From Mobula hypostoma (lineage: Eukaryota), in assembly GCF_963921235.1 (NCBI RefSeq), contig NC_086110.1:13082001-13146000 (forward strand): DNA of 64,000 bases. Reading direction: 5' to 3'. Position numbers and translations under genes: made by a program. The notes under the pieces are model-generated. The model was not told where the DNA came from. It made no database searches and saw only the letters and a list, made by a program, of their open reading frames with translations. Of this stretch, positions 28,995 through 40,995 are shown piece by piece (position 1 is the first letter of the stretch; the number at the start of each line of letters is the position of its first letter).

Positions 28995-30460
28995 AACAAA
29001 CCAGAAAGTCAGCAGATAGATCCCGGAAATCCGAAGCCACACACAGTATGTGCTGGGGGAACTCAGCAGGCCAAGCAGAATTTATGGAACAGAATAAGCA
29101 GTCAACGTCTCGGGCCGAGATCCTACATCAGAACTGGAAAGGAAGGGGAAGAAGTCAGAATAAGAGGGAGAGGAGGAATCCTGGTTCAGACCCATCCATG
29201 ACGCTTCACATGCCCTCGATCTCGTCTATGAATTTCGGTTCCCTGGCCCAGATTGTTTTTTTCACTATGAATGTCCAGTCTCTGTACACTTCTAGTCACC
29301 ATCAGGATGGTCTTAACGCTCTCCACTTATTTCTGGACAACAGACTCAACCAGTTGGCACTGTCCTCTGTCTGGCAGATCTGGAACCCATCTCCAACAAT
29401 TTCTCGTTGGGATCCTTTGACTTTCTTCAAACCCAAGGTGCAGCTATGGGCAATCGCATGAGTCCTAGCTATGCTTGATCTTTCGTTGGCCATGTGGAAC
29501 AGACAATGTCCCAATATTACACCAGCATCGCCCCCCAACCCTTCCAACATTACATTGACGACTGTGTTGGTGCTGCTTCCTGCACTCATACAAGGCTCGT
29601 CAATTTCAGCAAAGTTGTTTCCAACGTCCACCCTCGTCACAATTTTTTTATTCAATTTCTGAAATATGTCTCCCCTTTCTCGATATCTGTCTCAATTGCA
29701 GAAGACAGTCTAACTACAGATATATTTTATGAACCCATTGACTCTCAGAGCTATCTGGACTATACTTCTATCCACACTGTCACTTGTAAAAATGCCATTC
29801 CAATCCAGAGGAGTTTCTCAATCTCCACCGCTTCTGCTCTTATGATGAGGCTTGCATTCCAGAACTATTGAGATGTTCACCTTCTTCAGGGAAAGAAGCT
29901 TTCTTCCCTTCACCATCTACACTGCGCTCACCCTCATCTCTTCCATTTCGTGCCATCCTCCCACTGCCATACAGCAATAGGATTCCTCTTGCCCTCAGGT
30001 ACCACTCCAATGCCTCCGCATCCAGCATATCATTCTATGTAACTACCACCATTTCCTACAGGAATCCACCACCATGCATATCTTTTCCTATCCGCCCCCC
30101 CCCACCCTTCCCACACCTTCTGCTCTCCATAGGTCATCGCTATGCAACCTCTTAGTCCACTCGTCGCACCCAGTTGATCACACTCCCGGCACTTAGTCTT
30201 CCAAGCAGAACAAGTGCCGCAGTTGCCCATACAACCTCCTCGTTTACCACCATTCAGAGCCCGAAATAGTGAGGCGACACTTCATCTGCGATTCTACTGC
30301 GATTACCTAATGTATCCGGTGCTCCGGGCGTGGCATCCTGGTTTTTCGTGAGACCTGATGTAGATTGGGAGAGCCCTTCATCGAGCAACTTCTCTCCGTC
30401 TGCAACAAAAAGTGAGATTTCCCGGTGGCTACTCATTTCGATTCCACTTCCCATTCCAAT
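28995..30460 (+). mobile_element. Penelope-like element relic with 5' inverted terminal segment
   Basis: Inverted tail 28995-29170, then NVQSLYTS..HQDGLNALHLFLD, HYIDDCVG, YLDYTSIH and GIY-YIG remnants. Confidence 0.75.
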
Positions 30461-31520
30461 TTGAACATGTTACCCTGGAATATCTGGATACATCAGGATG
30501 CTATTTATCGACTCATCTTTGAATACGATACTATCAGTTCCTCAAAACTAATCAATGAGCTTGACGATTTTAGCTTCAATACCGGTTTGAGCAATTTATT
30601 CTGCGATTTCCTCACTTGTAGACCCCAGTGCTAACAGACTGGCAACAGCATCTCCTCCACAAGCTGCATCTGCATAGGTGCCCCACAACGCTGTGTGATC
30701 ACCATCCTGCTCTGATCGAGTTACACCTATAACCGTGTGGCTAAGCACAGCTCCAAGTTTTCTGAGGACACCACTGTCGTAGACGGAATCAAAGGTGAAA
30801 ACCAATTAGTATATAGGAGGTAGATTAAAAATCTCTCTGCGTGGTGCCACAGCAAAAAAAAGAACAAAAACAAACAAACAAACAAACAAAAACTCTAATT
30901 CAATGTCAGCAAGAGCAACGAGCTGATTATTCACTTCAGGAAGAAGAAACCGGAGGTCTATGAGCCAGTCCTCATCGGGGGATCAGAGTTAGAGAGGGTT
31001 ACCCATTTTTAATTACTCAATGTTCACATTTCAGAGGACCTTTCCTGGTTATGGTGATAGCATGGCTGCGCATCTACTTCCATAGCAGTTGTGAAGAGAT
31101 ATCTTTGACAAACTGCTGGAGAGGTGCAGTGGATATTAGATTGAAACACCTAAGCCCCAGAACGAAGATATCTTAAAAATGTAGTGGATACGGCCCAGCC
31201 CAACACAGATAACGCCCTACTCACCATTGAGCACATCTACATGCAGAGATATCACAAGCAGCAGCATCCGTCATCACAGACCCCCACCAGCAAGGTCATG
31301 TTTTTTTTCTCGATACTGCCCTCAGAAAAAGATACATGAGACTCTGAACTTATACCACCAAGTTCAGGAAAAGTTATCACCCCTCAACAATCAGGCTCCT
31401 GAACTAGAGGGATTAACTGTGCCGATTTTCACATGATCTATCACTAAACTGTTCCCACAACCTATGTCCTCACTTTCAAGGACTTTTCCTTTCATGTCCT
31501 CGATTGTTACTGCTTATATA
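30460..31520 (+). mobile_element. Rex1/Babar LINE RT 3' relic (possibly a continuation of 28120-28990)
   Basis: YIRMLFIDSS, DFLTCRPQ, GAPQRCV and KFSEDTTVVDGI-like motifs. Confidence 0.65.
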
Positions 31521-31529
31521 TTATTATCA

Positions 31530-32440
31530 TTATTATTGATATTATTACATTTTATTATATTTTTTGTCAGCTCAAGCTTCTGAAACCTGAAGTATGGCCG
31601 TAGCCAAACACACTCAGTTCTCAATTTGTGGGAATATTCAGACTATTCCAGTGAATTTTAGTATTGTGGTTTCTGAAGATCTACATCAATTTTACTTTAT
31701 ACATCGAATTGTTTGATGATACTGTGTAATGACTTTGGGATGATACCAGTTGTAGATATTACTATTTGGACAGTACATCTATTTCATGTTCCATAGTCGT
31801 TTAATTTTCTTTTTTCATCTAGCATATTTTCGGTGTTTTTCATTTATTGGTTTCTATATGTTTTGTGCGCTTGGAATGGTTATGCCTATTAAGGACGTTG
31901 TCCTTGCTTATTCATTCTGCAATCTATCCACACAGTTATTATGGATTGCCCTGTCTCTTATACATTTGCCTCTGCCACTTTATGCAATGTTCTATGCTGT
32001 TAGACAGTGTGAAGGTCTACTTAACACAGCCTCTGTTTATACTGAAGCCTCCTTGCTCTTTCTTGAAGCACACATCTCCAACACCTGAATCCGTTGGATA
32101 ACGACTAAAATTTACACAACGGTCAGACAAAGCTTCGAAGGATATACGTTCTGTAATGATAGATCAGTAGTAACATTATTTGCGTGACTCTGACTCGGAA
32201 ACTGGACCAGTCTTGTATTTATATCAATGTATGATTTCTTTTATCATTTTAAAGCAAGGTTTTGGTGAATAGTGTTTGCTATGTCATTGTGCCGGTGCAA
32301 GTAATCAGATTGAGTTAAACTGCTGCAGGATCCTGTAATGTGTTCGATCGTTTCTTTTCTTTTCTCTTGAAATGTTCTACAATTATCATCTTGTATGTGT
32401 TAGTTTTTAATATATTTTTGCTAATTACTGCTGTGTGAAC
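31530..32440 (-). mobile_element. R4/Dong-like RLE retrotransposon 3' relic, copy 1
   Basis: Minus strand gives DYLHRHNDIANTIHQNLALK after a HITGSC zinc-knuckle remnant; ends in an (ATT)n-rich tract; homologous to 57440-58260. Confidence 0.72.
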
Positions 32441-32554
32441 CACCAGGTCCTGCATGTTATATGAATATGAATGGTAAAGATTGCGGGACTATGACACGTG
32501 TATATCCGGATGCCTGATTCGCAGGAGGCTACTATGAACGCGCGTCAATAAGGT

Positions 32555-33600
32555 TACAAAAAGTCCAGATGCGATCCACGGAAAGCTGACTTCAAACAAA
32601 CTATGCAAATATAGATGTAAATAAATAGCAAAATATAACAAGTGTGAAATAACAATGTAGCAGAGACCTTAAATGAGTGTAGCACTCTCCTTTGTTGAAG
32701 AGCCTGATGTTTGAGAGGTAGGAACTGTCCCTGAACCCGGTGGTATGAGTCCTGAGGCATCTGTACCTTCACCGTGATGGCAGGAGCGAGAAAGGAGTAT
32801 GGCATAAGTGGTGAGGATCTTTGATGATGGATGCTGCTTTTCTATGGCAGCGTTTCATGTCGATGTGCTCAATGGTCAGGAGGGTTTTACCTTGCTGTAC
32901 TGGACCGAATCCACTACTTCTGTAGGATTTTCCCCTCAAAGGCATTTGTTTTCCCTTACCAGGCTGCACTACAGCCAGTCAGCACACTTTCTACCACGCA
33001 TCATTAGAGGTTTGCCAAAGTTTTCGATGACATGCCGAACCTCCTTAGGAAGTAGAGGCGCTGTCGTGCTTTCTTCGCTATAATATTTATGTAATGAGTC
33101 CAGGGCAGGTCCTCTGAGATAGTGACACCTAGGACGTTAACGTAACTGACCCTATCCAGCTCGGATCCTCCGATAATTTCTGGCTCTGGACCTCCAGTTT
33201 CCCTTTCCTGAAGTTTAAAATCAATTTCTTGGTCTTAATGACATTGAGTGAGAGGCTGTTGTTATTACATTACTCAGCCAAGTTTCCAATATCACTCCTT
33301 GATTCATCATCCCTTTTGATACAGCCGACAATCGTGGTGGCGTCAGCAAATTTGTATATGGTGTTGGAGTGTACATAGCTACACAGATATAGGTGTAAAG
33401 CGAGTGGAGCAGTGAGCTAAGTACGCATCTCTGCGGTGCTCCTGTGCTGATGGAGATTGTGGAGGAGATTTTTTTACAATCCGAACTAACCCTAATGCTC
33501 GCATCCACAAGTGAGTCAATCCAGGATCCAATTGCACACGGGCGTATTGAGGGCCAGTTTTTAGAGTTTACTGTTTGGTTTTGCCCAGGTGATGGTGTTA
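32555..33600 (-). mobile_element. Rex1/Babar LINE RT 3' relic
   Basis: ISTGAPQRCVLSSLLHSLYTYICVA, RCHRKAASIIKDPHH, YRVQGQFLP. Confidence 0.75.
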
Positions 33601-33699
33601 AATGCCGAGCTGTAATATAAATCTCCAGAAAATAAATTTAAAGGAGGCAGGTAAGACTGCAGATGAGTAGACCCGAGGCATCACATCTGGTGGACTGAG

Positions 33700-34130
33700 C
33701 GCAGTATTAGTGAGCTAATTCACAGTATTGTTCTCTAATCAGGAAGGAAATACACCAGCCTTAGGGCCCAGACCACCAGTTTAGGAACAGTGATTACCTT
33801 CAAACATCAGGCTTCGGAAACAACGTGGATAATTTCACTCTTCCCAGTACTGAACTGATTCAACAAACGATGGATTGATTTTGAATTACCATTGTCTCAG
33901 GATATTTTCTGACCTAATTATTTATGATTATTACAATATTTTGTATTTGCACAGTTTGTCTTCTTTTGCACATTGGTTGTTCGTCAGTCTTTGTATGTAA
34001 TTTTTCATTGATTTGATTGCATTTCTTTGTTGCGCTGCGAATGCCCGCGAGAAAATGAGTTTCTGGGTAATAAATGGTGATATATACCTACGTTGATATT
34101 ATGTTTACTTTGAAGGCTGAACTTTAAGGA
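33700..34130 (+). mobile_element. LINE 3' tail (Rex-associated) relic
   Basis: accaccagtttaggaacagtgattacc followed by tail gtttgtcttcttttgcacattggttg...tgtttactttgaa. Confidence 0.45.
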
Positions 34131-35290
34131 ATTGTGCAAATACATTGGAAACAGTTCTGCGTGATGGTATATAAGAATGATCCGTAGATTGGCGAGTAAT
34201 CAGATAAAGCATATTGGCCCGGCTGTATTTGCATCCGCTGAAGTTTAGAAAGGTAAAAGTGGTATCGATTGATATGTATTTGATCTTGAGGGCTCTAAAA
34301 GGGGTAGCTGTGAAAGGCATATATGTCCAAGTGAGGAAAAATAAATTATTCTCAGTGTTTCGAGTCTTTGGATCTCCCTTCCTGAAACAAAATATTGAAA
34401 GCCATATTTTTGTGTCATTTTAAGGCAGACGATAAAATTTGCTCAAGAAACAAGAAGTCGAAATTTTCTGTGAGTGGGCGGGGTAGAATTTGGATGTTAC
34501 CGTCAGATCAGTCGCAATTTTATTGAATGGTGAAGCATGTCGAGTTGCCAAATGCCCTACTTCTGCCAAGTTGTTTTCCCAGTAATCAGCAGACTATTAA
34601 AATTCCAGATATATCTTTGAAATCGCCGTATTGTTAGAAGGTAAACTGCCTTCTCTTTCGAATCACCGCCAACATTTCACTGCAGAGAGGTACATTAAAC
34701 AGCCCCGAATTTGCCTCAATGCCAAAACTGCATGGTATTCTATAATCACACATAAAAACTGCTGGTGAACGCAACAGGCCAGGCAGCATCTATGAAGAGG
34801 TACAGTCGACGTTCGGGCCAAGACCCATTCGACAAGACTAACTGAAAGAAGAGATAGTAAGACATTTGAAAGTGAGAGGGGGGCGGGGATATCCGAAATG
34901 ATAGGAGAAGACACGAGGGGGAAAGATGGAGCTAAGATCTGGAAAGTTAATTGGCAAAAGGGATATGAATGATCATGGGACAGGAGGCCTAGGGAGAAAG
35001 AAATGGGGAGGGGGGAAGCCCAGAGGATAGGCAAGGAGTATAGTAAGAGAGACAGAGGGAGTAAAAGGAGAGAGAGAGAAAAAAAAAATAATAATAAATA
35101 AATAAATAAATAAATAATTTTTTTGAAAAAAATGATGGGGTACGAAGGGGAGGAGGGGCATTTACGGCGGTTAGAAAAGTCAATGTTCATGCCATCAGGC
35201 TGGAGGCTACCCACACTGAATATAAAGTGGTGTTCTTTCAACCTGAGTGCGGCTTTATCTCGACAGTGGAGGAGGCCGTGGATAGACATA

Positions 35291-38200
35291 GAAAATAGGT
35301 GCAGGAGTAGGCCATTTGGCCCTTCGAGCCTGCACCGCCATTTATTAAGACCATGGCTGATCATCCAACTCAGAACCCTGCACCAGCCTTCGCTCCATAC
35401 CCCCTGATCCTCGTAGCCACAAGGGCCATATCTAACTCCCTCTTAAATATAGCCAATGAACTGGCCTAAACTGTTTCCTGTGGCAGAGAATTCCACAGAT
35501 TCACCACTCTCTATGTGAAGAAGTTTTTCCTAATCTCGGTCCTAAAAGGCTTCCCCTTTATCCTCAAACTGTGAACCCTCGTTCTGGACTTTCCCAACAT
35601 CGGTAACAATCTTCCTGCATCTAGCCTGTCCAATCCCTTTAGGATTTTATACGTTTCAATCAGATCTCCCCTCAGTCTTCTAAATTCCAACAAGTACAAG
35701 CCCAGTTCATCCAGTGTTTCTTCATATGAAAGTCCTGCCATCCCAGGAATCAATCTGGTGAACCTTCTTTGTACTCCCTCTATGGCAAGGATGTCGTTCG
35801 TCAGACTAGGGGACCAAAACTGCACACAATACTCCAGGTGTGGTCTCACCAAGGCCTTGTTCAACTGCAGTAGCACCTCCCTACTCCTCTACTCGAATCC
35901 TCTCGCTATAAATGCCAGCATACCATTCGCCCCTTTCACCGCCTGCTCTACCTGCATGCCCACTTTCAATGACTGGTGTATAATGACACCCAGGTCTCGT
36001 TGCACCTCCCCTTTTCCTAATCAGCCACCATTCAGATAATAATCTGTTTTCCTATTTTTGACACCAACGTGGATAACTTCATATTTATCCACATTAAATT
36101 CCATCTGCCATGAATTTGCCCACTCACCCAACCTATCCAAAGTCACCCTGCATCCTCTTAGCATCCCCCTCACAGCTAACACTGCCACCCAGCTTCGTGT
36201 CATCCGCAAACTTGGAGATGCTGCATTTAATTCCCTCATCCAAGTCATTAATATATATTGTAAACAACTGGAGTCCCAGAACTGAGCCTTGTGGTACCCC
36301 ACTAGTCACTGCCTGCCATTCTGAAAAGGTCCCGTTTATTCCCACTCTTTGCTTCCTGTCTGCTAACCAATTCTCTATCTACATCAATACCTTACCCCCA
36401 ATACCGTGTGCTTTAAGTTTGCACACTAATCTCCTGTGTGGGACCTTGTCGAAAGCCTTTTGAAAATCCAAATATACCACATCCACTGGTTCTCCCCTAT
36501 CCACTCTACTAGTTACAGCCTCAAAAAATTCTATGAGATTCGTCAGACATGATTTTCCTTTCACAAATCCATGCTGACTTTGTCCGATGATTTCACTGCT
36601 TTCCAAATGTGCTGTTATCACATCTTTGATAACTGACTCCAGCAGTTTCCCCACCACCGACGTTGGGCTAACCGGTCTATAATTCCCCGGTTTCTCTCTC
36701 CCTCATTTTTAAAAAAGTGGGGTTACATTAGCCACCCTCCAATCCTCAGGAACTAGTCCAGAATCTAACGAGTTTTGAAAAATTATCACTAATGCATCCA
36801 CTATTTCTCGGGGCTACTTCCTTAAGAACTCTGGGATGCAGACCATCTGGCCCTGGGGATTTATCTGCCTTTAATCCCTTCAATTTACCCAGCACCACTT
36901 CCAAATTAACATGTATTTCGCTCAGTTCCTCCATCTCACTGGACCCTCTGTCCCCTACTATTTCTGGAAGATTATTTATGTCCTCCTTAGTGAAGACAGA
37001 ACCAAAGTAATTATTCAATTGTTCTGCCATGTCCTTGCTCTCCATAATCAATTCACCTGTTTCTGTCAGTAGGGGAACTATATTTGCCTTTACCAGTCTT
37101 TACCTTTTTACATATCTATAAAAGCTTTTACAGTCAGTTTTTATGTTCCCTGCCAGTTTTCTCTCTTAATCTTTTTTCCCCTTCCTAATTAAGCCCTTTG
37201 CCCTCCTCTGCTGAACTCTGAATTTCTCACAGTCCTCAGTTGAGCCACTTTCTCTGGCTAATTTGTATGCTTCTTCTTTGGAATTGATACTATCCCTAAT
37301 TTCTCTTGTCAGCCACGGGTGCACTACCTTCCTTGATTTATTCTTTTGCCAAACTGGGATGAACAATTGTTGTAGTTCATCCATGCAATCCTTAAAAGCT
37401 TGCCATTGCATATCCACCGTCAAGCCTTTAAGTGTCATTTGCCAACCTATCTTAGCTAATTCACGTCTCATATCTTCAAAGTTACCGCTCTTTAAGTTCA
37501 GAACCTTTGTTTCTGAATTAACTATGTCACTCTCCATATTAATGAAGAATTCCACCATATTATGGTCACTCTTACCCAAGGGGCGTCTCACGACAAGATT
37601 GCTAATTAACCCTTCCTCATTGCTCAATACCCAGTCTAGAATAGCCTGCTCTCTCGTTGGTTCCTCGACATGTTGGTTCAAAAAACCATCCCGCATACAT
37701 TCCAAGAAACCCTCTTCCTCAGCACCTTTACCAATTTGGTTCACCCAATCTACATGTAGATTGAAGTCACCCATTATAACTGCTGTTCCTTTATTGCACA
37801 CATTTCTAATTTCCTGTTTAATACCATCTCCGACCTCACTACTACTGTTAGGTGGCCTGTACACAACTCCCACCAGCGTTTTCTGCCCATTAGTGTTACG
37901 CAGCTCTACCCATATCGATTCCACATCTTCCCGGCTTATGTCCTTCCTTTCTATTGCGTTAATCTCATCTTTAACCAGCAACGCCACCCCACCTCCCTTT
38001 CTTTCATGTCTATCCCTCCTGAATATTGAATATCCCTGAACGTTGAGCTCCCATCCTTGGTCACCCTGGAACCATGTCTCTGTGATCCCAACTATATCAT
38101 AATCATTAATAACAATCTGCAATTACAATTCATCCACCTTGTTACAAATGCTCCTTGCATTGACACACAAAGCCTTCAGGCGCTCTTTTACAACTCTCTT

Positions 38201-38826
38201 AGCCCTTATACAATTATGTTGAAAAGTGGCCCTTTTTGATGCTTGCCCTGGATTTGTCGGCCTGCAACTTTTACTTTTCTCCTTACTGCTTTTTGCTTCT
38301 ACCCTCACTTTACACCCCTCTGTCTCTCTGCACTGGTTCCCATCCCCCTGTTGTGAACTAACCTCCTCTCGCCTAGCCTCTTTAATTTGATTCCCACCCC
38401 CCAACCATTCTAGTTTAAAGTCACCTCAGTAGCCCTCGCTAATCTCCCTGCCAGGATATTGGTCCCCCTAGGATTCAAGTGTAACCTGTCCTTTTTGTAC
38501 AGGTCACGCCTGCGCCAAAAGTGGTCCCAATGATCCAAAAACTTAAATCCCTGCCTCTTGCTCCAATCCCTCAGCCACGAATTTATCCTCCACCTCATCG
38601 CATTCCTATTCTCACTGTCGCGTGGCACAGGCAGTAATCCCGAGATTACTACCTTTGCGGTCCTTTTTTCTCAACTCCCTTCTTAGCTCCCTATATTCTC
38701 CTTTCAGGACCTCTTCCCTTTTCCCTTCTTACCTATATGTACCACGACCTCTGGCTCCTCACCCTTCGACTTCAGGATATCTTGAACACGATCAGAAATA
38801 TCCCGGACCCTGGCACCAGAATGGCG
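35291..38826 (-). mobile_element. Near-full-length CR1 LINE (ORF1 esterase 3' part, ORF2 EN plus RT, tail)
   Basis: ORF1 SGARVRDISDRVQ...LHLNPRGT; EN 37166-38122 (DIVGITETW, GVVYRPP, GDFN, SDHN-like); RT QHGF, PQGSVLG, FADDTK; CATA direct repeat at 35287-90 and 38827-30; frameshifted. Confidence 0.93.
37166..38122 (-). pseudogene. APE-like endonuclease portion of CR1 ORF2 (318-aa open stretch)
   Basis: VGITETW, RRDR, VVYRPP, IMGDFNLH, LDWVL, LGKSDHN motifs. Confidence 0.9.
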
Positions 38827-40995
38827 CATAACAGAATGGAAATGGGACGGGACATCAACCATCTCGATTTCACTGCACTTTGTTCCCAATCCTACCTCAC
38901 TCCTTCCGAACGCTCTGCCTTCCACTTCCTCCGCACTTATCCTAACTTTACGATAAAACCCGCCGATAAGCGGGGTGCTGTTGTAGTCTGACGTACTGAC
39001 CTCTACCTTGCCAAGGCACAGCGACAACTCGCGGATACGTCCTCTTACTTACCCCTCGATCATGACCCCACTAAGGAGCACCAGGGCATTGGCTCCCACA
39101 CCATCCCCAACTTTATCCGCTCAGGGGATCTTCCATCCACTGCTTACCGACCTTATAGTTCCCACATCCTGCACTTCCTGTTTCTACCTCCTACCCAAGA
39201 ACCACAAACCTGCCTGACCAGGTAGACCCATTGTCTCAGCTTGCTCCTGCCCCACCGAACTCATTTCTGCATACCTCGACCCTTGCTCAATTCCTTCCTA
39301 CCTATGATCGTGACACTTTTCACGCTCTAAATTTTTTCGATAATTTTAAGTTCCCGGCCCCCACCGCTTTATTTTCACCATGGATGTCCAGTCCCTATAT
39401 ACTTCCATACCCCACCAGCAAGGTCTCAAAGCTCTCCGCTTCTTTTTGGATTCCAGACCTAACCAGTTCCCCTCTACCACCACTCTGCTCCGTCTAGAGG
39501 AATTGGTCCTTACTCTTAATAATTTCGCCTTTAGCTCCTCCCACTTCCCCCAAACTAAAGGTGTAGCCATGGGCACCGGTATGGCTCCTAGCTATGCCTG
39601 CCTTTTTGTTGGTTTTGTGGAACAATCCATGTGTCAAACCTATACTGGTATCTGTCCCCCAATTTTCCTTCGCTACATCTACGGTTGCATTGGTGCTGCT
39701 TCCTGCATGCATGCTGAGATCGTTGGCTTCATTAACCTTCCCTCCAACTTTCACCCTGCCCTCAAGTTTCCTTAGTCCATTTCCTATATCTCCCGCCCCT
39801 TCCTTGATCTTTCTGTCTCTATCTCTGGAAACAGCTTCTCTGCTGATGTCTACTACAAGCCTACGGACTCTCACAGATACCTGGACTATTCCCCTTCTCA
39901 CCCTGTCTCTTACAAAAATGACATCCCCTTCTCGGAATTCCTCCGTCTCCGCCGCATCTGCTCTGAGGATGTGGCTATTCATTCCAGGACGAAGGAGATG
40001 TCCTCCTTTTTTAAGGAAAGGGGCTTCCCTTCCTCCACCATCAACTTTGTTCACAAACGTATCTCTCCTATTTCACGCACATCTGGTCTCACCCCATCCG
40101 CCCGCCACTCCACTAGGAACAGGGTTCCCCTTTTCCTCACCTAACACCCCACCTGCCTCCTGTCCAACATATAATTCTCCGAGGCTTCCGCCACCTCCAA
40201 CAGGATCCCACCACTAAGCACATCTTTCCCTTCCCCCCTCTCTCTGCATTCCGCAGGGATCGCTCCCTACGCGACTCCCTTGTCCATTCGTCCCCCCTGT
40301 CCATTCCCACCGATCTCCCTCCTGGCACTTATCCTTGTAAGCGGCACAAGTGCTACACATGCCCTTAAACTTCCTCCCTCACCACCATTCAGGGCCCCAG
40401 ACAACCTTCCAGGTGAGGCGACACTTCACCTGGGAGTCGGCTGGTGTGATATACTGCGCCCGGTGCTCCCAATGCGGCCTTCTATGTATTGGCGAGACCC
40501 GACGCAGACTGGGAGACTGTTTTGCTGCACACCTACGCTCTGTCCGCCAGAAAAAAATAGGATCTCCGAGTGGCCACACATTTTAATTCCACGTCCCATT
40601 CCGATTCTGATATGTCTATCCACGGCCTCCTCTACTGTAAAGATGAAGCCACACTCAGGTTGGAGGAACAGCGCCTTATATTCCTTTTGGGTAACCTCCA
40701 ACCTAATGGCATGGACATTGACTTCTCCAACTGCCGTTAATGCCCCACCTACCTTTCGTACCCCATCCGTTATTTATTTATGAAATATTATTATTGATCT
40801 TTTTCTCTCTGTCCTCCCCCCCCCCCCCCCCGTCCCTCTCACTATACTCCTTGCCCATGCTCTGGGCTTCCCCCCTCCCCTTTTCTTTCTCCTTAGGCCT
40901 CCTGTCCCATGATCCTCTCATATCCATTTTGCCAATCACCTGTCCAGCTCTTTGCTTCACCCCTCCACCTCCTGTTTTCTCCTGTCATTTCGGAT

